Below, piece after piece: positions 26,899-39,940 of a stretch of DNA of 64,000 nucleotides. This DNA is from Octopus sinensis. Its lineage: Eukaryota. A model generated the notes under the pieces. The model saw only the letters and a program-made list of their open reading frames with translations. It was not told where the DNA came from and did no database searches. The position numbers and the translations under genes are program-made. Location of the stretch: contig NC_043002.1 in NCBI RefSeq assembly GCF_006345805.1, positions 13,702,001 to 13,766,000 of the forward strand, in the 5' to 3' direction. The first letter of the stretch is position 1. Every line of letters begins with the position of its first letter.

Positions 26899-27399
26899 AA
26901 TAGAAGTATGTTACAAAAAGAAGATAGAAACTACACGTGGAAATGTAAGGGAAAGGTAAGAAGAAAATTAAGCGAAAATGTACATTGGAAATCAAAAAAA
27001 GTAAAGGCTTTTTCTGAAAAGTAACGATGGATATATATACAATTAGATGAACTGAGGTAGGAGTAAAAGTAATAAAAGTCATTATTGTGAATTGTTAAAG
27101 AGATTCAAAAGCATACCGCTTTCGTAAAATTACTAAACATTGCTTTCAATGCACACCAATTACTGAACGGTGTCAGGTCTACTAGCCCCTGAGTAAAAAT
27201 ATTATGTGTAAGGGAGGTAAGTAGTTCTGGATTTGGTGCAATTAGGGTAGATATAAATATGTATATGTAATGTGAATGGTGTATGGGATGTATGGGGGTT
27301 AGTGGTATTAATTGAAAGCTTAGTAATGTTCTGTATTATGTTATGTGTGCATATTGAGTTGTGGAAGATATTTATTAATGAAAGTTGCCTCTTCATTTA

Positions 27400-27460
<61 letters not shown>

Positions 27461-27544
27461 ATACGAGAGACGAAGAAACTATGTTAACCCTGTGATGTAC
27501 GTTTGTTCTCAGCCGCATGGACTACTGCTCCCAGAGGGCTAGTA

Positions 27545-27910
27545 ACTAATTTCGGCATTGAGTGTTATACAAGTGCCAGAACAAGAAGCCACGTTATTGT
27601 AATAAAAGTACCATCCTCTCCATCGAAATTCAGGTGCAGCTACTGCAATACTCTTGTGTTCATAGGCCCATAGTCTTTCAATGGCCCTGCCGCTAAAATT
27701 AAGAAATCTCGATAAAGCGAAAGCAGATGTATTCAAAAAGAACTAGTCATGCTCCTCTCCACAATACCGGATGAAACAACAGCTCGACATGAGGTGCAGA
27801 CGAAGGCAGCGGAATCAAAACCCGCTTATTACCAAATGCGCCAACAGCTGAGAGAAAGGCACATACAGGAATGGTGATGTCAAACGCCCCAAACTGAGGA
27901 ACTCAGAAAG
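27545..27910 (+). mobile_element. CR1/L2-group LINE 3' fragment
   Basis: KVPSSPSKFRCSYCNTLVFIGP..FN..LRNL...VFKK..LLSTIPDE C-terminal pattern. Confidence 0.65.
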
Positions 27911-28088
27911 ACCACAGTTGTACTCCAGCATGATTGCAACCGCATGGTTGAATCGAGTAAAAGAATAAAACAATAAAGGAATATGCAAAACATGTATTAT
28001 ATATATATACATAGATACATACATACATATATATATGCGTATGTATATATATATATATATTATATATATATATACATATATATATGCG

Positions 28089-28124
<36 letters not shown>

Positions 28125-28211
28125 ATATAATGTGTGTATATATATTTATACTCGCACATATATATATACATTTATATATGTATAAATAAATATATATATG
28201 CTTATATATAT

Positions 28212-28672
28212 ATGTGGTGGTATCAAAAAGTTCTTGGACTAATAATGTTTAATAGAAAATAACTTATTTACCTACGTTTAACATCATCTCCTTCGAAATG
28301 GTCACCTTGCGCACCAATATACCGGTGCCAGGATTTCCGTCACCTTTGAAATCCGGTCTGGAAGTCGTGTTCCGTAAGCGAGTTGATGTCCTTCGCCGAT
28401 TCTCTTTAGATCTCGACAACGGTATTGAAACGGTGATCTTCGGGCTGCATTTTCATCTTGGGGAAATGGATGGAAGTCCGCAGATGCTAAATCTAGTGAA
28501 TAGGGTAGGTGCAGAAACGATACCTTGTTGTTGTTAGTGAGAAACTCACGAGTAAGAACAGCTCTCTGACAGGGTGCATTGTAGTCGAGAATAATCCAGG
28601 TCTTCGCACCCCACAGATTGGGTCGCTTTCACCGAATATCTTCCCTAAACGCTCCATGGATGATGTGGCATT
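28212..28672 (-). mobile_element. Mariner 3' fragment (second family)
   Basis: Minus strand gives YNAP..HLPYSLDLASADF..FPKMK..RF..YIGAQGDHFEGD; terminal GTGGTGGTATCAAAAAGTTC after TA. Confidence 0.8.
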
Positions 28673-28679
28673 AGGGGAC

Positions 28680-28890
28680 GTATTCTTGTTTCTTTATTGC
28701 CCACAAGGCATTAAACATAGAGGAGACAAACAAGTACATCAGCTCCAGTGCATAACTGATACTTAATTTATCGACCCCGAAAGGAAGAAAGACAAAGTCG
28801 ACCTCGGCGGAATTTGAACTCAGAACGTAACAGCAGACGAATTACCGCTAAGCATTTCGCCCGGCGCGCTAATATTTCTGCCAGCTCGTC
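28680..28890 (-). mobile_element. SINE copy
   Basis: Reverse complement of the family at 11958. Confidence 0.85.
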
Positions 28891-29408
28891 TTGGGGGACG
28901 TATTTTTGATGTGCAATACCACATTTTCGGGGATGATGCCCGTGGCAGACCTTCCAGGTCACTCGTCGTCTTTCAGGGACGTTCTTCCGCTTTTGAAGAG
29001 TCCGTGGTACTCGAAACATTACTTACAACTCATTGCCTCGTCGCTGTAAGCTTGCTAAAGCATGTTCAATGTCTCTGTAGCAGATTCTCCAAGTTTTACA
29101 ATAAAATTTCATGTTGGCTCTTTGTTCCTGTCCATCACAAAATCACAGACACAAATTATTGTTATTTAAAATTTGCTAATGAACCTAGAAAAATTGTTTG
29201 ATCACAATACAAATATCTACAATTAGACATTTGATTTTAAAATGAGGAAGTCTCCAGGGTATGTGTAATGCACAACAAAGATCCGAATTAGCGCAACATT
29301 TGCCCACAACATGAGGTTGTTTCGAATTCTCGATGAAACATGTTTACTTCATTGTAGTCACACAGCAATGTACTTTAGAACTAAAGATTCTGCCAGCCCA
29401 ACACCTTG

Positions 29409-30100
<692 letters not shown>

Positions 30101-30150
30101 AATGATAATAATAATAATATAATAATAATAATATAATAATAATAATAATA

Positions 30151-30243
<93 letters not shown>
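30101..30243. repeat. (AAT)n-(ATT)n head-to-head microsatellite
   Basis: Direct inspection. Confidence 0.95.
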
Positions 30244-30244
<1 letters not shown>

Positions 30245-30960
30245 GTGCTGCGATAGAGATGAGTCAAGTAAAGCTAGCCAGAACAGAAGTCATATGGTCG
30301 CCCAGGGCTGAAATAATGAAGGCAATTCAAACTCAATCCAGTTATAAATACCTGGGAATACTCGAGGTAGATTGAATCAAACACTACGATATGAAGGAAA
30401 AGACAAAAATAAAATACCTGCCCGAGTGAGAAAAATATTGGCTTCAAAGCTGAATGCTATAAACATAATTTCGGCAATAAACTCGCCCACAGCTGCAGCA
30501 GTTCGGTATGGCGCTGGAATACTTAAGTGGACAGAGGAGAAGATAAAGGTGATGGACAGGAAGTCAAGAAAGCTCATAACGATGCATGATTCCCATCATC
30601 CACGTGCAGACACTGATACATAAAGAGAGCAAATGGAGGAAGAAGACTGATAAGTGTGAAAGACTGCATGCCTTTAGAACTCGATTGCTTAATATGATAC
30701 CTACCCAAAGTAAGGAAACCATGCTGGAGACAGTAAAGAACGATGGAGTATTGAGAGCAGAGGAGAAAAGGAAAAAACAAAGGAAGAAGTACAAAAAGGA
30801 CATAAAGAAGAAGTACGCAAGAAGGAACAACACAAACAATTCGATGTAGCCACAAAGAGGTTGTTGGTTGATGAATGAAACCCTAAAAAATAAAGAGAAA
30901 GAGAACCCTATACTGGCGGCGCAAGGCCAAGCTTTGGCCACGAATTGGAGGGTCAACCAT
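30244..30960 (+). mobile_element. Internal R4/Dong-clade fragment (RT thumb region), internally deleted
   Basis: YKYLGILE..KILASKLNAINIISAINS..YGAGILKWT..DRKSRKLITMH..HHPRADTD, ILAAQGQALAT. Confidence 0.8.
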
Positions 30961-32015
30961 AGGAACGAGCAAGGGCATTTTGTTTTTAGCCGATTATATC
31001 GATTCCGAGATAAATGGCAAATGCAAAGCGAAAATGAGATGAAGTCAGAATGTCAGAACGTGAAGAACTGTTGTAAGCATTGTGAAATTCCTCTATCAAG
31101 AGCTCAGCCGGTTTGAAATGCAAGAATCGTAGAACAAAAATCCTGACGATGTCTTTATTTGGTGAATAGGAATGAAAGAAATTTACAAATTTATAAACAC
31201 ACATAAGGCTATGTACAAAGTTTTACACGTATTGAATATAGGTCCTTATATCTATTTCATATTTAGTATAATAATAAAATTCCCTTGGCAAGACTTCATC
31301 TAGTTGTCTTAACTATGTAGCGAAGTGGGGATCAGGTTAAGCACATATTCCTCGAATAGGCTTCGTTCTCGACAGTTCAATCCTTACATCGGTTACTTTC
31401 TATTTCCCTTGATTTCTATGTTATCTTTGCTAATCTATGCCATTCTGCAATCCTCGTACTTATTTATGCACCCACTTATAAGAGCCCACTCGATCATCCT
31501 TTCATACACGATATACAGCTGCGTTAGATTACCATTTCCCGTTTTTTCCTAACTCTTTTTGCCAATATCGTTTCATGTGTCTTCTTTCCGTTCGTACAAC
31601 GACCCGTAAACCCTTGTATTTATGTAGGTGTGTGGTTTTACTGTTTTATTTTTTCCTTTTCTTCTATATGTACACACGCTTCCGTAACTATACATATACG
31701 TTTGATCACCTGCCTTTATACATACATATATACGTACATACATACATATATGCAAGCATGTATATACATACACACACACACACACACACTTAATTTGGAG
31801 GTTTCCAAAAAGCGATTTCTAATATTGATTCTTCAGATTTTGCTGGTGGTTTACAGGCGTAAATTTGCGAATATGAAAATAATACTTTTATATGATGTGC
31901 TGTGAATTTATCGAAAAAATACAATAGAATTCAACAATTTTGTTTAAAATGGGGAAGAGAAGATATTAAAATACATAAGAATACTTTGATTCATGCCGAC
32001 GATCGTTTCGTACAG
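30415..32015 (+). repeat. Duplicated block R, copy 1
   Basis: Colinear with 44135-45700, with scattered substitutions and indels. Confidence 0.95.
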
Positions 32016-34359
32016 ATATGCTTTCTTTTTTATACGGATATGCTTTCTACGCATACGTCTGTGTAGTCCTATTTTTGTGTGGACAAGCATATACATATGT
32101 GTGTATATATACGGTTCTTACATGCTTCAAATTTTGCCCCCTTACCCTTTATTATCTCTTCTTTGCCTTTCGCCCATAAGAGTTCTTTTTAATCACATAA
32201 TCTTTTAATTAATTATATCCCATTTTTTTGAGCCGGTTCCCTTCATTGAAGCCAGATGCAAGTTAATCACACCTTAGTTTGCAGTAGCTACACCATAAAT
32301 TTGCTAGCGAAATGAAACCACACCACTATCTATTTCGTTTAGGTAATCTGTGAGTAGGGAATTCCACTGGCCCTTTACCAGTTCCATTTTCCTCACCCTT
32401 ATTTCGTTTCTTAAATGTATGTCTCATTCCGAGGCCACCTTTATTTTGCGTTTTTCACTACGGCATATAATTTCAAGCTGAACTATCGAATGTATCTGGT
32501 GAAAAAGACACCCGACAGCCTTGAAGCATTCGTATGTAGAATTACTTTACTTGTACTTGTAGCGACATTCACCTCGGGCGGGTTGAGTCGGCTTCTTCTA
32601 CTCATGGAAGAAGTTTCGTGGGATTATGTAGATTTCACAAGCGGTCCCCAATAATCCCGCATGTGAAGACATCCTGTTTGCCGCAGATTGTCCGCAGACG
32701 CAGGGACACAACGACTGAGGAGCCGCCGGTTGCCGAAGAAGACACTCCGAGGATTTTTACCAGAGTCCCGTCTGCCGGGTTGTGGCCCTAATACCACTCG
32801 GTATCAGACCAATCGGCCTTGGGTGGCCCTACCAGGAACCGAAGTTCCCGATGGCATAGCTCTGACACTACCCGTTACCAGCGTTCCCCTCCCCACGGTG
32901 AGGAGGGGATGGACTTTGGAGACGTATGTAGAGTAATAGGTAACGCGTGTTTCTTTTGAATCAGTTCTAGTACTCGACTATTTCTTCCATTCTTTTTATT
33001 TTACAGAGATAATTATCTCATAATAGCAAAATTTGTTGATTTCGAACGGAAGATACATAGTTTACCAGCTTTTCCGAATTACATTTCTATTTTCGATATA
33101 GGAACGAAGTGCATTTCTTGCATTGATTAATAAACTCTGTTGATAAATTACCGATTCATCGGCGCTTTCTATACAAGCCTGGTCTATGCTACAGACTAAC
33201 CATCTAGAACTAACAAGAACAGGCTAACCATTCAGACAAACCATATCGAAGGGATTAATTCGAAGTTTCTGCTTGCTTGCCTTCACCAGACACTGAAAAT
33301 TCGAGTTCGGTTTCATAGTGGGGGGGGGGAGAAAGATGAACGAATAAATAAATGATTTAAAATAAATATATTGTAATTGCTGTGTGACAAAGTATATATA
33401 CTATGAGTATAAAATATAGTGTCTTTCAAAAACATCCTGAATTTGAACACTATATCTCGTGTTTAAGAAAAGACAAAACATTTTACATTTTATATTTTAT
33501 GAACATCGTCACTTACTCTCTCTCCCTCTCTCACTTTGTCTTTCCCGTGAAACTCTCTGCCTCTCTTCTTCCACTTTTCTTTATCTTGTTTTTCTTTTTG
33601 TTAGACGCCGTCAAAAAGATATGGCTGAAAATAGATTTTTACCGCTATCCGCGGGTGCCTCGGGAAAAAAATAAGTTGACAAAACCAAGATAGGATGTTT
33701 GCAAATGTCCTCCTAAAATTTGAGCGACATGCGTGCTAATTTGTGGATGTGCATGAACTACAATCACGTATACACACACACACATCTTGCCGTGTATATA
33801 TACAGATATATTTAAATATATATGTATTCCCAACCACAAGGTTCTGGGTTCAGTACTATTGCGTGACACCTTGGGCATTGTCTTCTGCTATAGACTCGAG
33901 CCGACCAAAGACTTGTGAGTATATCTGGTTGACGTAAACCGTAAGAAGCCCGTCTTATATATGTATATATATAATTATAGTATATTCTGTTAAGAACATA
34001 GTAGAATACAGTATAAAAGCTCACTCGTCCACTTTCACATTTAAACTTTACTTTCCAGTAGTAGTATTATATGTATTTCCAGGTTTGCATTTGGGCATCT
34101 CTCATGTGTGAATACATAATTGAAAAAATTGGAGTCAACAAGAAGAGTACGGTTGAACATTTATTTTTTAATCACTACAATTGTTTGCACGCAACGTAGT
34201 TCTCCAGATGTGCAGGTACTTGATTAAGAAACTATTTCCCTGCATTACGAGGTCTAGTTGTATTTCCTCAGGTGATATGTAAATATTGTCTCTGTAAATT
34301 TAAAATCCTCGGCTTCAAGAACATTCTATTTCTCTGTCGTGACCTTAATTTAGTAGTAG
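31840..34359 (+). repeat. Duplicated block U, copy 1
   Basis: Recurs at 36146-38280 (+), 39941-42468 (-) and, more diverged and partial, 46540-47782 (+). Confidence 0.95.
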
Positions 34360-36152
34360 GAAAATTTTCGGTGATAATTTTCGAAAAATTTTTGTTGAAA
34401 ATTTTCGGTGAAAATTTTCGAAAAATTCTTGTGGAAAATTTTCGAAAAACTTTTATTTAAAAATTTTCGGTGATAATTTTCCAAAAATTTTTGGTGATAA
34501 TTTTCCAAAAATTTTTGTTGAAAATTTTCCGTGAAAATTTTTGGGTAAAATTTTCGGTGATAATTTTCGAAAAATTTTTGTTGATAATTTTCGAAGAATT
34601 TTTGTGGAAAATTTTCGGTGAAAATTTTTGAAAAATTTTTGAGAAAAATTTTCGGTGATAATTTTCGAAAAATTCTTGAGAAAAATTTTCGGTGAAAATT
34701 TTCGAAAAATTCTTGAGGAAAATTTTCCAAAAATTTTTGGGTGAAATTTTCGGTGATAATTTTCGAAAAATTTTTGTTGAAAATTTTCGGTGAAAATTTT
34801 TGAAAAATTTTTGAGGATAATTTTCGGTGACAATTTTCGAAAAATTTTTGTTGAAAATTTTCGGTGAAAATTTTCGAAAAATTCTTGAGGAAAATTTTCG
34901 AAAAATGTTTGTGTAAAAATTTTCGATGATAATTTTCGAAAAATTTTTGTTGAAAATTTTCGAAAAATTTTCCAAAAATTTTGAAGTAATATTTTCGGTG
35001 ATAATTTTCCAAAAATTTTTGGTGCTAATTTTCGAAAAATTTTTGTTGAAAATTTTCGGTGAGGCATCTTGACTGTAGTAGTAAAGCAGTATTCACTCTA
35101 TATATACACAGAAATCAGCCACCTAAAAATCTATTTTTAGCCATAACAAATCTATTTTTAGCTCGGGGAAAATTTTCGAAAAATTCTTGAGGAATATTTT
35201 CCAAAAATTTTTGGTGTTAATTATCGAAAACTTTCGGTGATAATTTTCGCAAAATTTCTTGGTAAAATTTTCGGTGATAATTTAAAAAAAATTTTTGGTG
35301 ATAATTTTCGGTGAAAATTAAAAAAAAATTTTTGGTGATAATTTCCGATGATAATTTTCGAAAAATTGTTGTTGAAAATTTTCAAAAATTTTTTTGGTGA
35401 AATTTTCGGTGATAATTTTCGGAAAATTTTGGGTGATAATTTTCGAAAAATTTTTGTTGAAAATTTTCCGTGAAAATTTTTGGAAAATTTTGGGTAAAAT
35501 TTTCACCGAAAATTATCACCAAAAATTTTTTAAAAATTATCACCGAAAATTTTTAACAAAAATTTTTCGAAAATTATCACCAAAAATTTTTCGAAAATTT
35601 CACCCCAAAATTTTTTTCGAAAATTTTCCTCAACAATTTTTCGAAAATGTTCAATAAAAATTTTTCGAAAATTATCACCGAAAATTTTACCCAAAAATTT
35701 TTCGAAAATTTTCCCCGAGCTAAAAATAGATTTGTTATGGCTAAAAATAGATTTTTAGGTGGTTGATTTCTGTGTATATATAGAGTGAATACTGCTTTAC
35801 TACTACAGTCAAGATGCCTCACCGAAAATTTTCAACAAAAATTTTTCGAAAATTAGCACCAAAAGTTTTTGGAAAATTATCACCGAAAATATTACTTCAA
35901 AATTTTTGGAAAATTTTTCGAAAATTTTCAACAAAAATTTTTCGAAAATTATCATCGAAAATTTTTACACAAACATTTTTCGAAAATTTTCCTCAAGAAT
36001 TTTTCGAAAATTTTCACCGAAAATTTTCAACAAAAATTTTTCGAAAATTATCACCGAAAATTTCACCCAAATATTTTTGGAAAATTTTCCTCAAGAATTT
36101 TTCGAAAATTTTCACCGAAAATTTTTCTCAAGAATTTTTCGAAAAATTTTTG
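34360..36152. repeat. 37-bp dyad satellite arrays with two inverted cap modules (palindrome 1)
   Basis: Monomer GAAAATTTTCGGT-GATAATTTTC-GAAAAATTTTTGTT plus a 24-bp variant; caps at 35058-35168 (+) and 35712-35820 (-); strand switch near 35500. Confidence 0.95.
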
Positions 36153-38280
36153 TGAGCCGGTTTCCCTTCATTGAAGCCAGATGCATGTTAATCACACCTT
36201 AGTTTGCAGTAGCTACACCATAAATTTGCTAGCGAAATGAAACCACACCACTATCTATTTCGTTTAGGTAATCTGTGAGTAGGGAATTCCACTGGCCCTT
36301 TACCAGTTCCATTTTCCTCACCCTTATTTCGTTTCTTAAATGTATGTCTCATTCCGAGGCCACCTTTATTTTGGGTTTTTCACTACGGCATATAATTTCA
36401 AGCTGAACTATCGAATGTATCTTGTGAAAAAGACACCCGACAGCCTTGAAGCATTCGTATGTAGACTTACTTTACTTGTACTTGTAGCGACATTCACCTC
36501 GGGCGGGTTGAGTCGGCTTCTTCTACTCATGGAAGAAGTTTCGTGGGATTATGTAGATTTCACAAGCGGTCCCCAATAATCCCGCATGTGAAGACATCCT
36601 GTTTGCCGCAGATTGTCCGCAGACGCAGGGACACAACGACTGAGGAGCCGCCGGTTGCCGAAGAAGACACTCCGAGGATTTTTACCAGAGTCCCGTCTGC
36701 CGGGTTGTGGCCCTAATACCACTCGGTATCAGACCAATCGGCCTTGGGTGGCCCTACCAGGAACCGAAGTTCCCGATGGCATAGCTCTGACACTACCCGT
36801 TACCAGCGTTCCCCTCCCCACGGTGAGGAGGAGGGGATGGACTTTGGAGACGTATGTAGAGTAATAGGTAACGCGTGTTTCTTTTGAATCAGTTCTAGTA
36901 CTCGACTATTTCTTCCATTCTTTTATTTTACAGAGATAATTATCTCATAATAGCAAAATTTGTTGATTTCGAACGGAAGATACATAGTTTACCAGCTTTT
37001 CCGAATTACATTTCTATTTTCGATATAGGAACGAAGTGCATTTCTTGCATTGATTAATAAACTCTGTTGATAAATTACCGATTCATCGGCGCTTTCTATA
37101 CAAGCCTGGTCTATGCTACAGACTAACCATCTAGAACTAACAAGAACAGGCTAACCATTCAGACAAACCATATCGAAGGGATTAATTCGAAGTTTCTGCT
37201 TGCTTGCCTTCACCAGACACTGAAAATTCGAGTTCGGTTTCATGGGGGGGGGGGGAGAAAGATGAACGAATAAATAAATGATTTAAAATAAATATATTGT
37301 AATTGCTGTGTGACAAAGTATATATACTATGAGTATAAAATATAGTGTCTTTCAAAAACATCCTGAATTTGAACACTATATCTCGTGTTTAAGAAAAGAC
37401 AAAACATTTTACATTTTATATTTTATGAACATCGTCACTTACTCTCTCTCCCTCTCTCACTTTGTCTTTCCCGTGAAACTCTCGGTCTCTTCTTCCACTT
37501 TTCTTTATCTTGTTTTTCTTTTTGTTAGACGCCGTCAAAAAGATATGGCTGAAAATAGATTTTTACCGCTATCCGCGGGTGCCTCGGGAAAAAAATAAGT
37601 TGACAAAACCAAGATAGGATGTTTGCAAATGTCCTCCTAAAATTTGAGCGACATGCGTGCTAATTTGTGGATGTGCATGAACTACAATCACGTATACACA
37701 CACACACATCTTGCCGTGTATATATACAGATATATTTAAATATATATGTATTCCCAACCACAAGGTTCTGGGTTCAGTACTATTGCGTGACACCTTGGGC
37801 ATGTGTCTTCTGCTATAGACTCGAGCCGACCAAAGACTTGTGAGTATATCTGGTTGACGTAAACCGTAAGAAGCCCGTCTTATATATGTATATATATAAT
37901 TATAGTATATTCTGTTAAGAACATAGTAGAATACAGTATAAAGCTCACTCGTCCACTTTCACATTTAAACTTTACTTTCCAGTAGTAGTATTATATGTAT
38001 TTCCAGGTTTGCATTTGGGCATCTCTCATGTGTGAATACATAATTGAAAAAATTGGAGTCAACAAGAAGAGTACGGTTGAACATTTATTTTTTAATCACT
38101 ACAATTGTTTGCACGCAACGTAGTTCTCCAGATGTGCAGGTACTTGATTAAGAAACTATTTCCCTGCATTACGAGGTCTAGTTGTATTTCCTCAGGTGAT
38201 ATGTAAATATTGTCTCTGTAAATTTAAAATCCTCGGCTTCAAGAACATTCTTTCTCTGTCGTGACCTTAATTTAGTAGTA
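36146..38280 (+). repeat. Duplicated block U, copy 2
   Basis: Near-identical to 32222-34359. Confidence 0.95.
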
Positions 38281-39940
38281 GGAAAATTTTCGGTGATAAT
38301 TTTCGAAAAATTTTTGTTGAAAATTTTCGGTGAAAATTTTCGAAAAATTCTTGTGGAAAATTTTCGAAAAACTTTTATTTAAAAATTTTCGGTGATAATT
38401 TTCGAAAAATTTTTGTTGAAAATTTTCGGTGTGAAAATTTTTGGGTAAAATTTTCGGTGATAATTTTCGAAAAATTTTTGTTGATAATTTTCGAAGAATT
38501 TTTGTTGAAAATTTTCGGTGAAAATTTTTGAAAAATTTTTGAGAAAAATTTTCGGTGATAATTTTCGAAAAAATTTTCAGAGAAAAATTTTCGGTGATGA
38601 AATTTTCGAAAAATTCTTGAGGAAAATTTTCCAAAAATTTTTGGGTGAAATTTTCGGTGATAATTTTCGAAAAATTTTTGTTGAAAATTTTTGGTGAAAA
38701 TTTTTGAAAAATTTTTGAGGATAATTTTCGGTGAACATTTTCGAAAAATTTTTGTTGAAAATTTTCGGTGAAAATTTTCGAAAAATTCTGAGGAAAATTT
38801 TCGAAAAATGTTTGTGTAAAAATTTTCGATGATAATTTTCGAAAAATTTTTGTTGAAAATTTTCGAAAAATTTCCAAAAATTTTGAAGTAATATTTTCGG
38901 TGATAATTTTCCAAAAATTTTTGGTGCTAATTTTCGAAAAATTTTTGTTGAAAATTTTCGGTGAGGCATCTTGACTGTAGTAGTAAAGCAGTATTCACTC
39001 TATATATACACAGAAATCAGCCACCTAAAAATCTATTTTAGCCATAACAAATCTATTTTTAGCTCGGGGAAAATTTTCGAAAAATTCTTGAGGAATATTT
39101 TCCAAAAATTTTTGTGTGTTAATTATCGAAAACTTTCGGTGATAATTTTCGAAAATTTTCCCCGAGCTAAAAATAGATTTGTTATGGCTAAAAATAGATT
39201 TTTAGGTGGCTGATTTCTGTGTATATATAGAGTGAATACTGCTTTACTACTACAGTCAAGATGCCTCACCGAAAATTTTCAACAAAAATTTTTCGAAAAT
39301 TAGCACCAAAAATTTTTGGAAAATTATCACCGAAAATATTACTTCAAAATTTTTGGAAAATTTTTCGAAAATTTTCAACAAAAATTTTTCGAAAATTATC
39401 ATCGAAAATTTTTACAAACATTTTTCGAAAATTTTCCTCAAGAATTTTTCGAAAATTTTCACCGAAAATTTTCAACAAAAATTTTTCGAAAATTGTTACC
39501 GAAAATATCCTCAAAAATTTTTCAAAAATTTTCACCGAAAATTTTCAGCAAAAATTTTTCGAAAATTATCACCGAAAATTTCACCAAAAATTTTTGGAAA
39601 ATTTTCCTCAAGAATTTTTCGAAAATTTTCACCGAAAATTTTTCTCAAGAATTTTTCGAAAATTATCACCGAAAATTTTTCTCAAAAATTTTTCAAAAAT
39701 TTTCACCGAAAATTTTCCACAAAAATTCTTCGAAAATTATCAACAAAAATTTTTCGAAAATTATCACCGAAAATTTTACCCAAAAATTTTCACCGAAAAT
39801 TTTCAACAAAAATTTTTCGAAAATTATCACCGAAAATTTTTAAATAAAAGTTTTTCGAAAATTTTCCACAAGAATTTTTCGAAAATTTTCACCGAAAATT
39901 TTCAACAAAAATTTTTCGAAAATTATCACCGAAAATTTTC
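38281..39940. repeat. 37-bp satellite arrays with inverted caps (centre of palindrome 2)
   Basis: Array 38281-38960 is mirrored by 39269-39940; caps 38960-39070 (+) and 39159-39268 (-) flank a ~90-bp satellite spacer. Confidence 0.95.
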
